Assembly: GCA_023231475.1 (NCBI GenBank)
Contig: JALJEE010003218.1
Location: forward strand, 1 to 37,124
DNA: 37,124 nucleotides
Origin: Seison nebaliae
Lineage: Eukaryota
Direction: 5' to 3'
A model generated the notes under the pieces. The model saw only the letters and a list, made by a program, of their open reading frames with translations. It made no database searches and had not been told where the DNA came from. A program made the translations under genes and the position numbers. Below are positions 21,501 through 33,307 of this stretch, one piece after another (position 1 is the stretch's first letter; every line of letters starts with the position of its first letter).

Positions 21501-23014
21501 TGGGATAGATCGGGATTAAGCAGTTTCCATGCCAACAATCAATACTCATCTCAAGTTCTCTCCATTCAATTTCTTCGTGTTTATTTAACGATACAAGATC
21601 GAAAATTCCGTCAACAATTCCTCGCATCGATGTGCGACGAAACAAATATTGCGATAAAGTTTGTGAAGAAATTCGCAGATATCTACCTCTCAACATTATG
21701 TCAATTGATTCAAGATGATAAAGAGAATAATTTCCTTCGACAATTCCATAATTATTCTTCAAGTGATCTTCCTCTCGATGAGGAGATTGATGAGAATAAT
21801 CATATTGTCGATAATGTCGTCGATGATTTATTAGGTGATATCGTCGATGATGTCGTTAGTGATGATATGATGAAGAATAATCCGGAAGTTGATGGATTCA
21901 TTGATGCTATGTTCATGGGAAAGTTCTTGGAGAGACAAGTGAAATATTTCGATCAATTCCTCCCACCAAATTTCTTGTTTACGAGTGAAAAAGATGAAGT
22001 GGAATCGTCAGTTTCTGATGAATTTTTCGTTTCACTTGTTTATATTCTGTTAGGGAAGTATCATGCACTTGCTTTGAAATATGCAGGAACTGCCAATTTC
22101 AAAGCGGCAACATTCTTATTTAAACAAATCAAAATGATTTCAGCAATGTTGGCGAAGAATGTCGATTACGGATTGAACGATACTCCATTCGAATTAGGAT
22201 CTCGAACGAGAGAAGCATATGAATTATTACTCGTTATGCTCATTGTCTTTTATTCGATGATTATGTCTGGTTCGGGAGATACGAAATTACTTCGATATAT
22301 TCGTCTATTGAGATCCATTCATATGGACATCTTTCGACATAATGTCTACGGAGCAAATTTAATGATTCATATGGCGATCGGTTTCCTCTTTCTGGGAGGT
22401 TGTCGTTACACTTTCGGTAATTCAAATAGAGATGTTATATTTCTTCTCATTTCAACGTTCCCTCGACTCAATTCTCTACCTCGACTCAATATCGGATATC
22501 ATCAGACTTGGAGACATCTTTACGTTCTTGCATCTCATCAACGGTTTAAATTAACTTCTTAATTATTTTGTTAATTGTCTAATTGTCTAATTGATTTCCA
22601 CTGACCAATTGTCCCATTTACAGATTATTGGTTGTAAGGAATTCGAAGAATTTACGATTAACTGCTAATAAGATTATGATGGAAATGGAAGATGGTGAAT
22701 CAATAACGAAGACGGCACCAACCATCATATCGACAAACGTGAAAAAGGTGACGATACATCCGATCAAGAGCTCACAACAAATCACAATGGAGAGCGACGG
22801 GGCACAATATTTATTAAAGTTTCATTTGATTTCATTCATCTTCTCTCTCATTCTCTTTCGATTTTATTCCACTAATTCACCACCAATCCAACCAACCAAA
22901 CGAACCTGGGACGAACGAATGGAATGGTGGCGAAATTTAACAAATCTTAATGATCAATTGATTTATTACACAAAACGACACATAAATTCTTTCAATTATA
23001 TTCTTCAATATTAA
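15513..23014 (+). CDS. ANAPC1: Anaphase-promoting complex subunit 1 (divergent, ~2473 aa); exons 15513-22543 and 22624-23014
   Basis: APC1 motifs in the expected order: RTTALPIGRGAF, WPLFHNGVASGL, HSGFLYGLGLNGH, LSSLHIP, LALKYAGT, IMSGSGD, HMAIGFLFLGGCRYTF, RHLYVLA. An 80-nt intron restores the conserved R-LLV after RHLYVLA. Confidence 0.92.
18176..18203 (+). repeat. (ACN)9 poly-Thr tract in APC1
   Basis: acc aca acc act act acc act act acc. Confidence 0.8.
19185..19226 (+). repeat. (CAA)n poly-Gln (Q14) tract in APC1
   Basis: 13 CAA codons plus one CAG, in frame. Confidence 0.9.
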
Positions 23015-23109
23015 TCATTTGACATTGATAGTGAAATGTTAACATCACATACAGAACTGTTAATGAATGAATAACGAATTTTAGATTATTATCAATAAAC
23101 TTCCCATTT

Positions 23110-24318
23110 TTACTTCTTCTTCTTTCCTTTTCCCTTGTCTTTGCCACCCTTGCCCTTATCTTTCCCTCCTTTTCCTTTGTCCTTCCCGCCCTTTCCCTTA
23201 TCCTTCCCTCCTTTCCCCTTATCTTTCCCTTTATCTTTTCCACCTTTCCCACCTTTATCTTTTCCACCTTTACCCTTATCTTTCCCCTTATCTTTTCCAC
23301 CTTTCCCTCCCTTATCCTTCCCTCCCTTATCTTTCCCTCCTTTATCCTTCCCACTCTTGTCCTTTCCTCCTTTTCCCTTATCGGGTTTACTTTTCACACT
23401 TTTCGTCTTGTCTTTTTTGGGGGCGAGAATGTCATCCGAATCATGATGAGTCAGAGAACCCTTCGAATCATTATGTGAGAAGGGATTAGTGAGAGTGGAG
23501 ACTTGGTCGACTGCCGAATCTTTCATCGGCGCCGAAAGTAACGGCCCAGCGCCAGTTACCATTTTGGACATTACCGGTTGTGGTTTCGGTATTAACATGG
23601 AGGGCGCATCGGACAAGTCTTTCTCGAACCTTTTCGAGTCTCGTCTCGTCTCTCGTTCTTCTTTATCTTTTCGCTTCAATCGTTCGAATTGAAGTGGAGA
23701 GACTTCGTTTAATCGAAGATAAAGTTTTTCCCAAAAATCATTGTCTGTTTTCGATGTTTAATAGATAAATTGAAAGATACTCAATAATATAAACAAGATT
23801 AACACAAATTGTAGATGAAAGTACATCCATTCTTTCGTGTTGGAGCCATACACCATAACATGACAACAAACTAAAACTGGTGAAACTAAAACTGAGAGGA
23901 AACATCTCCTAACTTTCACTAGCCAATACAAAGGTAATGCAGATTGATCGTAAAATACAAACTCGCTCCAATATTCCGTAATAATACTAAAACTAAAGAG
24001 AATCCAATACAAAATCCATTGATGGTATTCGTCTTGGTGAACATGTCTGATTGAGTAAACCCTGAAGAAGTTCGATGAATTCAGGTGGTTGAAATTAGGA
24101 AAACCTAACGATTCATAAGCAGGATAAACAAAACAAATAAAATTACATAAAAGATCAGCTCCATACCCAATCGCTAAATAGATGATAGTTGTGATAACGA
24201 ATGCTGTCACCAAATAAACTCGATCCAAATGAGTCAATGCTTCGAGTTTTGTGAGAATGTCTGTGAAGACGTTGCGTTCTTTCATCGAGTTGTTTAGTAC
24301 TCGATGATATGAGTTCAT
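23110..24318 (-). CDS. REEP5/DP1/Yop1-family ER-shaping protein with a long C-terminal G/K/D-repeat tail, ~352 aa; exons 24318-24110, 24061-23914, 23870-23804, 23744-23110
   Basis: TB2/DP1/HVA22 motifs LCNFICFVYPAYES, QWILYWILFS, LYWLVK and WCMAP..NGCTFIY. Three short GT-AG introns join these in frame to ORF 23110-23679. Confidence 0.82.
23113..23385 (-). repeat. Coding tandem repeat encoding GKGGKDK / GGKDK / GKDK units
   Basis: ~90 codons of G/K/D with varied synonymous codons. The plus-strand PPF/PLS ORF is its antisense shadow. Confidence 0.9.
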
Positions 24319-24869
24319 GGGCGCAGAAGAAAACTGAATTTCAAAATAAAAAAATTTCTACTTTATTTCGTTCGAAAACAATACCGTCTCCTTTTCATAT
24401 GAGAGTGGAGAAAGTAGAATAAAAGAAAATTTTATGTTTTTTCAATTCAATTCAATTCAATTTTTTCTTTTCATTTCTGATATATAATCACTAAATCTTT
24501 CTGCCAGTCTTCCATCACTCGATCGATCTTATCGATTGATCTCCAATTTCCATTATTATCTAAATTTAATTAACACAATTCATTAATCATAATTGTAGAG
24601 TGGAGTTGCAAGAAGAAAGAAAATGGAATTGAAACAAAATACACTTCTCTCTTCTGCTCAGCGCGTAAGTGAGTGAATGATCGATGAAGAAGCTTCCATT
24701 TACTTTGGTCGCTTGTACATCTAAACTCCATGATCAATCATCAATTGTATGTGTATATGTGTGTGTGGTGAGTGAGTATTGGTCATTCGATCAGGTCACC
24801 TGTCTATTTCCCACCTGATATCTTCACTCTCCATGTACTTAATCAAAAAAAAAATCTATCTGGAAATTA

Positions 24870-26781
24870 TTAATTCCGAGGAATTATTTCTGAAAAGAAA
24901 AACCATAAAAATGAGAGGAAATGGAAACCTTTTAAGAATTTCTCAACTTTCCCATTCGATTCACAACACAACATTTTCGGTGTCAAACCACCTGATGAAA
25001 ATTGGCGTATCCAAGTCTCGTTGAATTGGTCGAATAGAACGATGACGAAGTCTCCTTTCAAAATTCTAAAAAGAAAAAGAAATGAAATTTTCTGTATTCA
25101 CATAACAAAACTGAACTGTTTGAGACTGATTCTTATTCGTTCAACTCCCTCATTCTTCTTACATTTACTACAACGTTTTGTATAAATTATTTGGTTGGGA
25201 CGGATAATTCGACAATGAGATTTCACACGAATATATCCCACATTATCTGCCTCTGTTGTCTTCTTTGTATTGCAAGTGGCACATTGAACAGTTCGTTGGA
25301 CAGATAAAACGCTTTTCAATGACACTTCTTTCGATTCCTCATTCTTTAACAACAACTTTCCCACCACATCTTTCGCCTCCATCCACGGTGTATCGAGTAA
25401 TAACTTCAATTTCTTCTTCTTACTCGACGTATCAGATGTAACCGAATTTCTACGTTTCCTCGACTCTTTCTTCACATTCAACAACTTCCTCAAACATAAA
25501 CTCGACTTAGGAATACTTTTGTCGGTGGATGAAAACGAATCACTTTCGGAATTTGAATGAACCGACGTTCCGACAGAATTAGGTGAAGGAACTGAAAAAT
25601 AATAGAAATTGTCATAAATGATTTACATCAGATTTTCAAAAATGATAAATTTATATAGATACTTAATTGTCATCATTTCAATGAGGTTTCAACACAAGAG
25701 AATTCTAAATAAATTTAAAAGATCGATAAATTTAAATAAAAACTCATTGTCATCATCTCAATGATTAACAGAAGAAGTTTCTAAATAAATTTATCATGTT
25801 ATCAATAAGTTTGCGTTAATAACACTGATTTCTGATGAATGGTTTAAATGAAGTGACGTTCGATAAATCGATTTCAGATGATGATTTTGTTGATGGATCC
25901 GATTGAATCAATTCAATTTTCGAAAAGTCTTTTATTGACATATTCGTTTCTCTTTTATTCTTCGATAATATTCTAGATGTTGTTGTTGTTTTTGGAAATT
26001 GAAATTTATCTTCATCGGAATGTTTCATTATTAATGGAAGAATGTTGTCTTGTGATGTCGTGGTTATTGGTAATTTTGATGTTTTCGAAAAATTTACAAA
26101 TGATTCATAATCCAAATCAGACGAATGGTTATTTGATGCTGTTGTAGTAGCTGTACATAAATTATTCAGTTTCGACGACGATAACGAATCATTGTCAAAC
26201 GACGATAATTCGAATGATGATTCGAATGTCAAAGCTTGATCGAAATTGTTCGAATTTAATGGATGATTCAAATCAATTGAATGGATGAGAGCATTCTCAT
26301 CTTCTGGTTCGGTGGCGAAGAATTCCTGATTGTTTATAATGAAGTTTTGTGATTTCTGTTTTCCGTCCAGATAATCCAACGAGTCAACCACATCAAAATC
26401 GGAAGGAAATGATCTCTCATTCACATCATCTATCTCATATCGATCATTGTCGAACTAAATTTAAAATAATAATAATAATGATAAATTTATGAAAAATTTT
26501 CAATAATATTTCAAGAGAAAACTAACTGCCAACAAATTATGATCAACCCTTCCAAGCAACATTTCAGTTGTTAGATCGTTTAAAGTACGTGAAATCTTCA
26601 TCATCTCCTGATGCTGATTGAAACACTGTATGTGAACAGAAAAGAAATGAAAGAGAAAATGAGAAATCATTTATCGAACCATTTCATTGGAACAGATTAC
26701 ACAAGCTTCCTCATCACCAATTTGTAGAATGATATTTTGTTTATTGCATCGCATACATTTCATCATTTGCTCATTCACCAT
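24870..26781 (-). CDS. Unknown protein: N-terminal CxxC-x14-CxxC Zn ribbon, Ser/Asp-rich linker, C-terminal Cys-containing OB-fold-like region; 3' end uncertain
   Basis: Introns 26626-26679, 26455-26526, ~25592-25823, 25066-25116 and possibly 24890-24928 join ORFs 26671-26859, 25816-26424, 25098-25493 and 24870-25061 in frame. Motifs CMRC..CVIC, CATC, YTKRCSKCKK. Confidence 0.6.
25662..25793. repeat. Imperfect direct duplication (~55 bp x2) inside a predicted intron
   Basis: attgtcatcat(t/c)tcaatga...ttctaaataaattta at 25662-25717 and 25743-25793. Confidence 0.75.
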
Positions 26782-27382
26782 CACACAACACTTCAATGTT
26801 TCATCAATCTGATTAGATATCGTAACAATTGAAATATAATGAAAATAATATAAATCCACTTTAACGCTTCAATTTTCAACAAACTAATTCTACTATTCTT
26901 CTGATTTTTTCAAAAAAAATATTTTCTTAAAATTTATCCGAATATTGTTATTCACAATTTTTCATTAGTCAACAATGGATACATATCTGACAAGCTTGTT
27001 TATTGGTAAAATAGTGAGCTTATCCCCATCTAAAAGAACGATCATCCAAAAATATTTTTTAACTTTTATTACTATGAAATTCCATAAATTAATTATTATT
27101 AAGGAAATATTTTTAGTCAGTGTTCAAGTTGTAGTTTATTCTGAATTAATAAAAATTTTAATTGAAATTAATTGAAGAAGGTGTTAACGGAATTTTAGAA
27201 ATAATTAGAAAAGGAAATTTACTTTTAAGAATTTTATTATTTGAAGTATTATTACAAAACTTTTATAAAATGAAATGGATAATTCTCATTAACAATATTT
27301 ATAGAATTAATAATACGAAACGAATGAATGAATTTATCGTTTGAAATTTAAAATTTGAATACAGAAAACGAATTATGGCAAA

Positions 27383-29986
27383 TTAACCGGAACACATTTG
27401 ACAAGCTTCTTTGTTCTTCAACGAACAGACTTCTTTCGCCTTCTTTCGTTCATCTGGTGTCATCGCTTTAATATCGACATTTCTCACAGCCGATTCGATC
27501 ATTTCCATAGCTGGACTTGATTTTGCTTCTACCCGTTCGTTCTCCTTATTCCGATATTTGATCGTCTCCACATTCTTTGTCACGGTGAATTTGATAGGAT
27601 CGGCTGCCGGTCGTGTTCGTAGATAATACATTCCAGTTTTCAGTCCTTTCTTCCAAGCATAAAAATGCATTGATGAGATTTTCGCGTAATTCGGTTCGGC
27701 GATATGAATGTTCAACGATTGAGATTGATCGATATAAACGGCACGATCTGCTGCCATTGATATGATGCACTTTTGAGATATCTCCCAAACGGTCTTGTAC
27801 AAAAGTCGAATACGTTCTGGAATAATTTTTAGATGTTGAATCGAACCATTCGCTCCAATAATTTCATTCTTCATTTCTTCATTCCACAAATTTAAACGAC
27901 TCAAATCTTGGAGAAGATGTGAATTAACAATTTGGAATTCTCCACTCAATACACGTCGAGTGTAAACATTCGAAGTATATGGTTCGAATGCTTCATTATT
28001 TCCCAATATTTGAGCGGTACTAGCTGTTGGCATTGGTGCAATCAATAATGAATTTCTTACACCAAAATTCTTTATCTTTTCTCTTAATTCATTCCAATCC
28101 CATAAAACTGATGGTTGATGATTATCCCACATATCGAATTGGAGGATATTCTGAGAGATTGGTGATCCTTCATATGTTTCATACGGTCCTTCCACATGTG
28201 CCAATTCACAACTCATTTCTAATGCTCCGAAATAAATAGTTTCGAAAATCAATCGATTTAATTTCGCCGCTTCATCACTATCGAATGGATAGCCCATAAG
28301 AATGAATGCATCAGCCAATCCTTGCACTCCAACCCCCATTGGACGATGTCGCATATTCGATAATCGCGTCTCTTCCAATGGATAGAAATTACGATCGATA
28401 ATCCGATTCAAATTCTTCACGATCGTTTTCGTAACTGATTTCAATTTGTGGAAATCGAAAAACATTTTCTCGTCCTCTGTATTCGTCGTGTATTGATAAG
28501 TGGCTTTGTAGAACTTCTCTGCTTCATTTATTTCTAAAACATTCACCGGCTTCTCATAATAATGACGAGTAAGTTGTGACGCCTTCACAACAAAACGAGG
28601 TAGTGAAATTGAGGCTAAATTGCAAACGGCAATTTCTTCGCTCGACGAATATTGTACGATTTCTGTACACAAATTCGAACATTTTATCGTTCCCAAATTC
28701 TTTTGATTACTCTTCCGATTACACGCGTCTTTGTATAACATGAAAGGAATTCCCGTTTCGATTTGAGCGTCGATAATGGAAAACCATAATTTTTGAGCTG
28801 GAATTGTTTGTTTTCCACAATTTTCATTTTCGTATTTGAGGTAGAGACGATCGAATTCTTCTCCATAACAATCAGATAGACCAGGACACTCATGAGGACA
28901 CATCAATGTCCAATTTTTGTTTTGTTCAACGCGACGCATAAACAAATCAGGTATCCACAACGCATAGAAAAGATCTCTGGCACGATTCTCTTCTTTTCCT
29001 GTATTTTTCTTCCCATCAATAAAATCGAAAATATCAGCATGCCATGGTTCCAGATAAACGGCAAAAGCTCCCGGTCTCTTATTTCCACCTTGATCAACAT
29101 AACGAGCTGTATTATTATATACTCTCAACATTGGCAACAAACCATTGGAAGTTCCATTCGTTCCACAAATGAAACTTCCAGCCGCTCGAATACAATGAAC
29201 ATTAAATCCAATTCCACCAGCATTCTTCGAAATTAATGCACATTGTTTCAACGTATCATAAATTCCTTCGATTGAATCGTCCTTCATTGTCAACAGAAAA
29301 CAACTACTCATTTGAGGACGAGATGTGCCCGAATTGAAGAGAGTGGGCGAAGCGTGTGTGAACCATTTCTCTGACATCAGATCATAAGTTTCCAGAACTG
29401 ATTCGATGTTTTTCCCATGAATACCGATGGCAACTCTCATAATGAGATGTTGTGGACGTTCAACGACATTCCCATCAATTTTCAATAAATAACTTCGTTC
29501 TAATGTTTTGAATCCGAAGAAATTATAATTGAAATCACGATCATAAATAATGGCTGAATTCAATCGATCACTATTCATTCGAATAATATTGATCGTTTCT
29601 TCACTAATCATCGGCGCTGCTTCATTCGTATTCTTTCGTCGATAATTAAATAAATCTTCCATCACTTCTGAAAAGATTTTCTTCGTTTGTTTATGCAAAT
29701 TAGAAATGGCGATCCTCGCTGCTAGAATGGCATAATCGGGATGAGCTGTCGTCATAGAAGCCGCCGTTTCCGCTGCTAAATTATCCAATTCGACAGTTGT
29801 GACACCTGGATACAATCCTGTAATCACTTTCATAGTGATAGCGATCGGTTCCACGAAATCTTGATTTAGTCCATAACACAACTTCGAAATTCGTGAAGTT
29901 ATCTTATCAAATAAAACGGATTCCTGTCGTCCGTCACGTTTCACCACATACGTTTTCGAATTGAAATTCGGTTGAATTTTATTCAT
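27383..29986 (-). CDS. RRM1: Ribonucleoside-diphosphate reductase large subunit (class Ia), 867 aa, coding region intronless
   Basis: ATP-cone [50 protein letters not shown] and C-terminal CQMCSG. The start is placed at the ATG of MNKIQ because the upstream in-frame stretch looks like intron/UTR (pyrimidine tract plus CAG at ~30010). Confidence 0.97.
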   Translation of the reverse strand: MNKIQPNFNSKTYVVKRDGRQESVLFDKITSRISKLCYGLNQDFVEPIAITMKVITGLYPGVTTVELDNLAAETAASMTTAHPDYAILAARIAISNLHKQTKKIFSEVMEDLFNYRRKNTNEAAPMISEETINIIRMNSDRLNSAIIYDRDFNYNFFGFKTLERSYLLKIDGNVVERPQHLIMRVAIGIHGKNIESVLETYDLMSEKWFTHASPTLFNSGTSRPQMSSCFLLTMKDDSIEGIYDTLKQCALISKNAGGIGFNVHCIRAAGSFICGTNGTSNGLLPMLRVYNNTARYVDQGGNKRPGAFAVYLEPWHADIFDFIDGKKNTGKEENRARDLFYALWIPDLFMRRVEQNKNWTLMCPHECPGLSDCYGEEFDRLYLKYENENCGKQTIPAQKLWFSIIDAQIETGIPFMLYKDACNRKSNQKNLGTIKCSNLCTEIVQYSSSEEIAVCNLASISLPRFVVKASQLTRHYYEKPVNVLEINEAEKFYKATYQYTTNTEDEKMFFDFHKLKSVTKTIVKNLNRIIDRNFYPLEETRLSNMRHRPMGVGVQGLADAFILMGYPFDSDEAAKLNRLIFETIYFGALEMSCELAHVEGPYETYEGSPISQNILQFDMWDNHQPSVLWDWNELREKIKNFGVRNSLLIAPMPTASTAQILGNNEAFEPYTSNVYTRRVLSGEFQIVNSHLLQDLSRLNLWNEEMKNEIIGANGSIQHLKIIPERIRLLYKTVWEISQKCIISMAADRAVYIDQSQSLNIHIAEPNYAKISSMHFYAWKKGLKTGMYYLRTRPAADPIKFTVTKNVETIKYRNKENERVEAKSSPAMEMIESAVRNVDIKAMTPDERKKAKEVCSLKNKEACQMCSG

Positions 29987-30831
29987 GATAATATGATTAT
30001 AAAAATCTTCTGAAAAGGAATATGAGACTGAAAAAAAGAAAAATATTATCCTTCTTATAGTAAATGATAGTGTGTGCGTGTATAGACATGATTCTACAAG
30101 AAATTCGATGTACTTGTCATGTGTACGGAAAGAAAAATAAGATAAGACGCGTTGCATTCTAGATTATACGAATGCACTTGAAGACGAATAGAGAGACGAA
30201 CATAAAGAGTAGATGGAAAGGGAATGGAGAATGGAAGAATGAATGACAAATAAAATGTTACAATCGTATACCAATTGAGAGAAGGTGTCATCCACAATGA
30301 TTATCCAATTAAGAGAACGAATGAAACATAATTCTACAACTATTTATAAGTGAATATACTGTACTCGGACATGTACAGGAAAAGAAACTAACTAGAAATT
30401 TCTTCCATTCAAATCCTCACAGATAATGCATAACTCTCTATTGGTCGTTGTGAGAAGAATTTGGAAATGAATTATCAATTCAATTTCAAATTGTTGGTTT
30501 CATTCTCAAACTAAACTATTTCATATCCTTTTTATTCTCCCTTATTTCTCTTATACACAATCAATTTATGAATAATTATTCACAAATATCATTCATATGT
30601 GATTCATTATTTACAACTTTCTTTTTATTCCGCCTCTTTTTAACACATAACTCTCAGACAACAACCAACATTATTCTCTTTCATTTTATAATTTATATAT
30701 AGTCTTTCTAATATATATAATTTATAATATTTCCTTTTCATTCAATGTACAAAATATCTGATGTGAATGATATAAGGGAACATGAAACATTTGCAAGAAA
30801 AACTAAAAAATATTGAAAAAATGTAAATGTA

Positions 30832-30855
30832 AATATATATATATATATATATATG
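30832..30855. repeat. (AT)n microsatellite
   Basis: A run of at dinucleotides, which produces the spurious IYIYIY ORF. Confidence 0.85.
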
Positions 30856-32855
30856 TGGAATTCCAATTCGGAATATACAAAAGAAATCCTTAAAGAAAAT
30901 AATGCAACTAACAATCAAAGAAAAAACAATTAGAGTCGACACATAGGTTTGGTTCGAACGTCTCTGAGCAATTTTGTGAAAAAAAACTCCCCTAAATTAC
31001 ACTAAAACAACACTTTCAGCCCATAAAGATTAAAATGAAAGAAACAACAAGTGACTAACATAAATATGAACAATTAAAGTTGATATTTGTTCTTATGTAA
31101 ATTTTCGGGAATTGACGGATGATCGTTAATAATAAATGTCAACAGATGAATAATCCGGAAGACAATATAAGAAGAGTGAAAGATGAACGGGGACTCTAGT
31201 ATTTGTTTGGACAGTTTTTTACGAACAGACGACCTCTTTTCAACAGTAACTTCAAGATAAGTAACTTCTTCAGGAAAAATTTTCACGTTACTTATCATTT
31301 GAATTATTGTGAAAAATTATTAATATTATTTGAGTTTTATTTTATTGAATTTTTTTAAAAAATGAAATTTGAATTCTTTTTAATCCAAAAAATATTTGTC
31401 GGATTATCTACGCTTTTTAGAGAATCTTCAAATTATACTATGGTTCATTTTGAAGTAACTTTATTATTAAACTATGATTAACTATGATGCTTAATCAATC
31501 GTTCCCACAGATCAAAGTCTACCATAATTAATATTGAAGTTTCCTATTGGTCATCGATAAATTTTAAGTGATACTGCAAAATTTTCAACAAGAGAACTTT
31601 AAGCAATGACGCTTCACATTTGACATTTTTGGATTAATGAGGTAATTTAGAAAACTGGATGAAACTCATCCGATAAATTTTGGAATTTAATTTACTTAGC
31701 AGTCATTATACGTACCTCTGCATATTTGGAGAACATATGTAATTAGAGAATTTTATAAGACCAAGTAAAGTTTGTCGCCTTTGAGATAGTTTAGTCCAAA
31801 GACTCATAGGAAGGCTTAGTTTTACTTAATTAGTTAGTTACTACAAACCAATTGGTTTACTTCGTTCCACAGATTTATCTAACAACATTATGTAAGCGAA
31901 TGACATACCCGTTTATGAAAATAAAAAGGAAGGAAAGAGGACACGAAATTAAGAAAAAAGGAACATTCTTTTAGAAACTTCTTTTCCTAGTTAAACGGAC
32001 AGAACTTCCTGGCTGTAACAACATATCACCATATCATCCCCATATGTATAAATTATTATACGACAACATTTGGTTATATCCTGTTATAATGGTTATAATA
32101 CCAATTACCCTGTTAATAATCAAATTACCCAAAAAGTGCCTTATTTCACACACTTGTTAAAATTTTACTATTTTACTTGCATGACAAAAATACCTTTTTA
32201 TTTCTAACTGTTGCATTCAGATTATGGGAACTGACTTAATCGTTTCCTATCCGTATCGTTCTTATATACAAGGTAACAGTTACTCGTTAATAAAATAGGA
32301 ATTGTAGAAGTATGTATAAAAACGGTATTTTCGAATCCGATTTTTCCCAATTCAAAAAGAAAATAATTAAATGATATCTTCGACTCCCAAATTCCAAATA
32401 AGGAATTTGGATACTATGAAAAAATTTGTTTGGTGGAAGTTTTATCAAATTATTCTTATTCATAATTAAACGTGAACGTAATTTGAGAAATTGATAGATG
32501 GTAGTAGTGATATTGTAAAAAAGATTACAAAATTTCTTCCATTGAAAGTTCTTAACGTCGATTGCATATTAAACTTTCATTCTTATTAATATCGTTTTTT
32601 TGTTTCTCTTTTTGAAAACAAATCAAATTTGAGCTTTTTATATTTGAGTATAATTGAATTATTTGAGAATTAGCTCATTTTCATTTATTGTAGTACAACT
32701 ATTGTACTATATCCAAAAAACTTTATTACACAGAAGGGGATAAAACTATCAAAAAACCTTTAAATAAAAAGATGTCCATAAAATTTCCAGTAATAAGAAA
32801 AAATTAAATAGAAATGTCCTTAATTTAACAAAAAAAGGAAAAATGTTAACCAATT

Positions 32856-32945
32856 GGAACCCGGTAATTTCGTCGCCCAATATTTTTCAAATGAAAATCA
32901 ATGTTTTCGCCATCTATAATACGGTTACTACTACTTCACCCATTT
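32856..32945. repeat. Dispersed repeat copy (inverted homolog of 251-331), probable transposon end
   Basis: cggtaatttcgtc...acggt...tcacccattt matches the reverse complement of 251-331, with the same 59-nt offset between the two motif starts. Confidence 0.55.
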
Positions 32946-33307
32946 CAGAGTATCTTCGTTTAATAGATATCGAAAACACCAATTTTTGGTAGTATGATTT
33001 AGTGAAGTACTATTAATGAAGTAAATTAATTCATACTCATATTTTGTTTCGGAAAGAATGATAAATTAAATAAAAGAGAACACATTAGTGAATTTTCTTA
33101 TGAAGAATGAATTCTTAGGTCTATCTAAAGTCTTACGAAAACGATCTCCCATAATGATTAGTAGAAGCAACTAATAAATGTTCGATAATCTTTCTTTATT
33201 GAAGATGATAATGGTCGTTTATATTAGACCATATATGTTTAGGAATTTTGCGAAGAACCCTAAGATAATAATTAGAGAATTTAAAGATGTTGTGTGACGA
33301 AAAAATG

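Noticed and set aside
23135..23446. Pro/Phe/Leu-rich plus-strand ORF and R/E/G/K ORF 22992-23354
   Set aside because: These are antisense and alternative-frame shadows of the GGKDK coding repeat.
28463..28590. Intein or self-splicing intron in RRM1
   Set aside because: Far too short, with no intein terminal residues or endonuclease motifs.
29987..30157. 57-aa N-terminal extension of RRM1 in the ORF track
   Set aside because: It contains a pyrimidine tract plus CAG typical of a 5'UTR intron end, and homology starts shortly after MNKIQ.
31000..32850. Gene-free AT-rich stretch with short ORFs (e.g. 31074-31298)
   Set aside because: No recognisable motifs or consistent exon chain. It may be decayed repeats, but I cannot support a call.
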